The notes under the pieces were generated by a model that saw only the letters and a list, made by a program, of their open reading frames with translations, was not told the origin of the DNA and did not search any database. The position numbers and the translations under genes were made by a program. This document shows positions 62,652 through 64,000 of a stretch of 64,000 nucleotides of DNA, piece after piece (position 1 is the first letter of the stretch; every line of letters begins with the position of its first letter). This DNA comes from Candidatus Krumholzibacteriota bacterium (GTDB lineage Bacteria; Krumholzibacteriota; Krumholzibacteriia; JAJRXK01): assembly GCA_963727455.1 (NCBI GenBank), contig CAVSGG010000009.1, positions 416,001 to 480,000 on the forward strand, read 5' to 3'.

Positions 62652-62998
62652 AAGAGACACCCTGAACGAGGCGTCCGCCCCTAAAGCTGGTGTCAGGGGC
62701 CTCTCCCGGCGCGGCTGGTGGCTTCCCGGGCGCGGCGAATTGGACTCGGGCTAGCTCGCAACTTTCTACCCGGGTACACTGGTCCGGATCAATACCTGCA
62801 TCCCCGGGGAGAAAGACCGGGCCTGGGGGGTACCCCTCGGCCCCAATTCCGTGGTGCCAAAATCAGCGTGGGTGCTATCCACCCACCCTCCCCGCCGATG
62901 CAGTACTGCGATTCTCTTGCGGGGCTCGTGAAACCACTTCCAAGCTCCTGTGGGCTGAGATCTGAGCTTCGTTGTTTTTTGAGAAGAAGGGCGAGGGC

Positions 62999-63889
62999 AT
63001 GAGAAGCTTCCATCACGCGACCCTTGCCCTCGCGATCTTCGGGTTGGTGACTCTCGGAGGCGCGTTCCTGGCTTGCGCCCCTTCGCCCCACTTCGTCCCC
63101 TCCCCCAACGACCTGGTCGAGGGACACTACGCCACCGCGGCGCGCATGAAGACACGGGACAGCGCGACTCCGGACTCTCTCATCGTGGCTTCCTACAACA
63201 TCCAATACGGGGAACGGATCGGCCTCGCCGCCAAAGACCTCAGCTCCAACCGACGGCTGCGCGCAGCCGACTTGATTTTCCTGCAGGAAATGGATCCCAT
63301 CGGGACCCGCACTCTGGCGCGCGAGCTGGGATACGACTTCGTCTACTATCCCGCTTCACGGCACCCCAAGCACCACCGTCTCTTCGGCAACGCCATCCTC
63401 TCGCGCTGGCGCATCTACGAGCCACGATTGGTGTTGTTGCGTCACGAGGGAATCTTTGCGGGAACGCAACGAGTGGCGGTCCTGGCCATCATCGGATTGG
63501 GCCAGAAGAGTTTACGAGTCGCCAACGTCCACACGACCACCATCCTCACCCCGCGCGAGCAACGCCTGGAGCAATTCGAAGAGATCCTACGAGAGTTCTC
63601 GCCCGGCGGTCCGCCAGCGTTGGTAGCAGGGGATTTCAATACCGTCGCCAGCAGCGACGTGGCGAAGCTCAAAGACATGTTCCGCCACAGCGGTTTTCGC
63701 ATGGCGCGCCTACCCGCAGGGTCTAGCCTTCGCACGCGACGCGCGGCCCTTCTGAACGCAGAGCCGGTTCTCGATCACATTTTCTACCGGGGACTTCGCT
63801 TCATATCGGCTGGTATCCAAAGCGCCGCAAAGGCGAGCGACCACTATCCAATTTGGGCGGTTTTCGCTCTCCCTACCACGGGGCACTAG
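62999..63889 (+). CDS. Endonuclease/exonuclease/phosphatase family protein, probable lipoprotein
   Basis: FLAC lipobox; SYNIQ, LQE, GNAILSR, GDFN, LDHIF, SDHYP. Confidence 0.88.
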   Translation: MRSFHHATLALAIFGLVTLGGAFLACAPSPHFVPSPNDLVEGHYATAARMKTRDSATPDSLIVASYNIQYGERIGLAAKDLSSNRRLRAADLIFLQEMDPIGTRTLARELGYDFVYYPASRHPKHHRLFGNAILSRWRIYEPRLVLLRHEGIFAGTQRVAVLAIIGLGQKSLRVANVHTTTILTPREQRLEQFEEILREFSPGGPPALVAGDFNTVASSDVAKLKDMFRHSGFRMARLPAGSSLRTRRAALLNAEPVLDHIFYRGLRFISAGIQSAAKASDHYPIWAVFALPTTGH

Positions 63890-64000
63890 GCGTGGTTGCG
63901 CTGGAAGATCGGCTCGGAGGAATTTTCCCGCGATTACTCGAGCGCGAGGCCAGCCTTGCGCAGAGTGAAACCCTCCGCGTAGCCGTGTTCCGCGCGACAC

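Noticed and set aside
62652-62998. ~350-bp GC-rich intergenic region after acs as a possible ncRNA
   Set aside because: Only short stems and no recognisable RNA family motif; would need an Rfam/Infernal search.

Overview
GC-rich (roughly 60-65% by eye), gene-dense bacterial chromosomal segment. I found no rRNA, tRNA, CRISPR array or mobile element. Proteins with 'NYPNPF...WDG' FlgD-Ig/Por-type C-terminal domains, a PorV-like barrel, Hanks kinases and a DUF2723-TPR protein suggest a diderm FCB-related lineage such as Krumholzibacteriota, Eisenbacteria or Latescibacterota (inference). The main feature is a tightly packed eight-gene minus-strand operon (20133 down to 9101). It encodes an Ig-repeat protein with a secretion-type CTD, a PorV/PorQ-like barrel fused to a CTD-like domain, a ~1050-aa exported TPR protein, ExbB, two ExbD, a TonB-like protein and an exported protein with a CTD-like plus degenerate OmpA-like domain. 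It has no TonB-dependent receptor, TolB or Pal, and looks like a hybrid of T9SS cargo/shuttle parts and an AglRQS/Ton-type motor. Other notable items: an isocitrate dehydrogenase with a CxxC-x9-CxxC insertion in the loop preceding the regulatory serine; an orphan sigma-28 behind a consensus sigma-54 promoter next to a sigma-54 activator; a metallopeptidase/ATP-grasp gene pair; a PerR-rubrerythrin cluster with a 7-1-7 operator; and a MocR operator. At least seven single-base frameshifts between 6.7 and 21.3 kb are probably sequencing errors.
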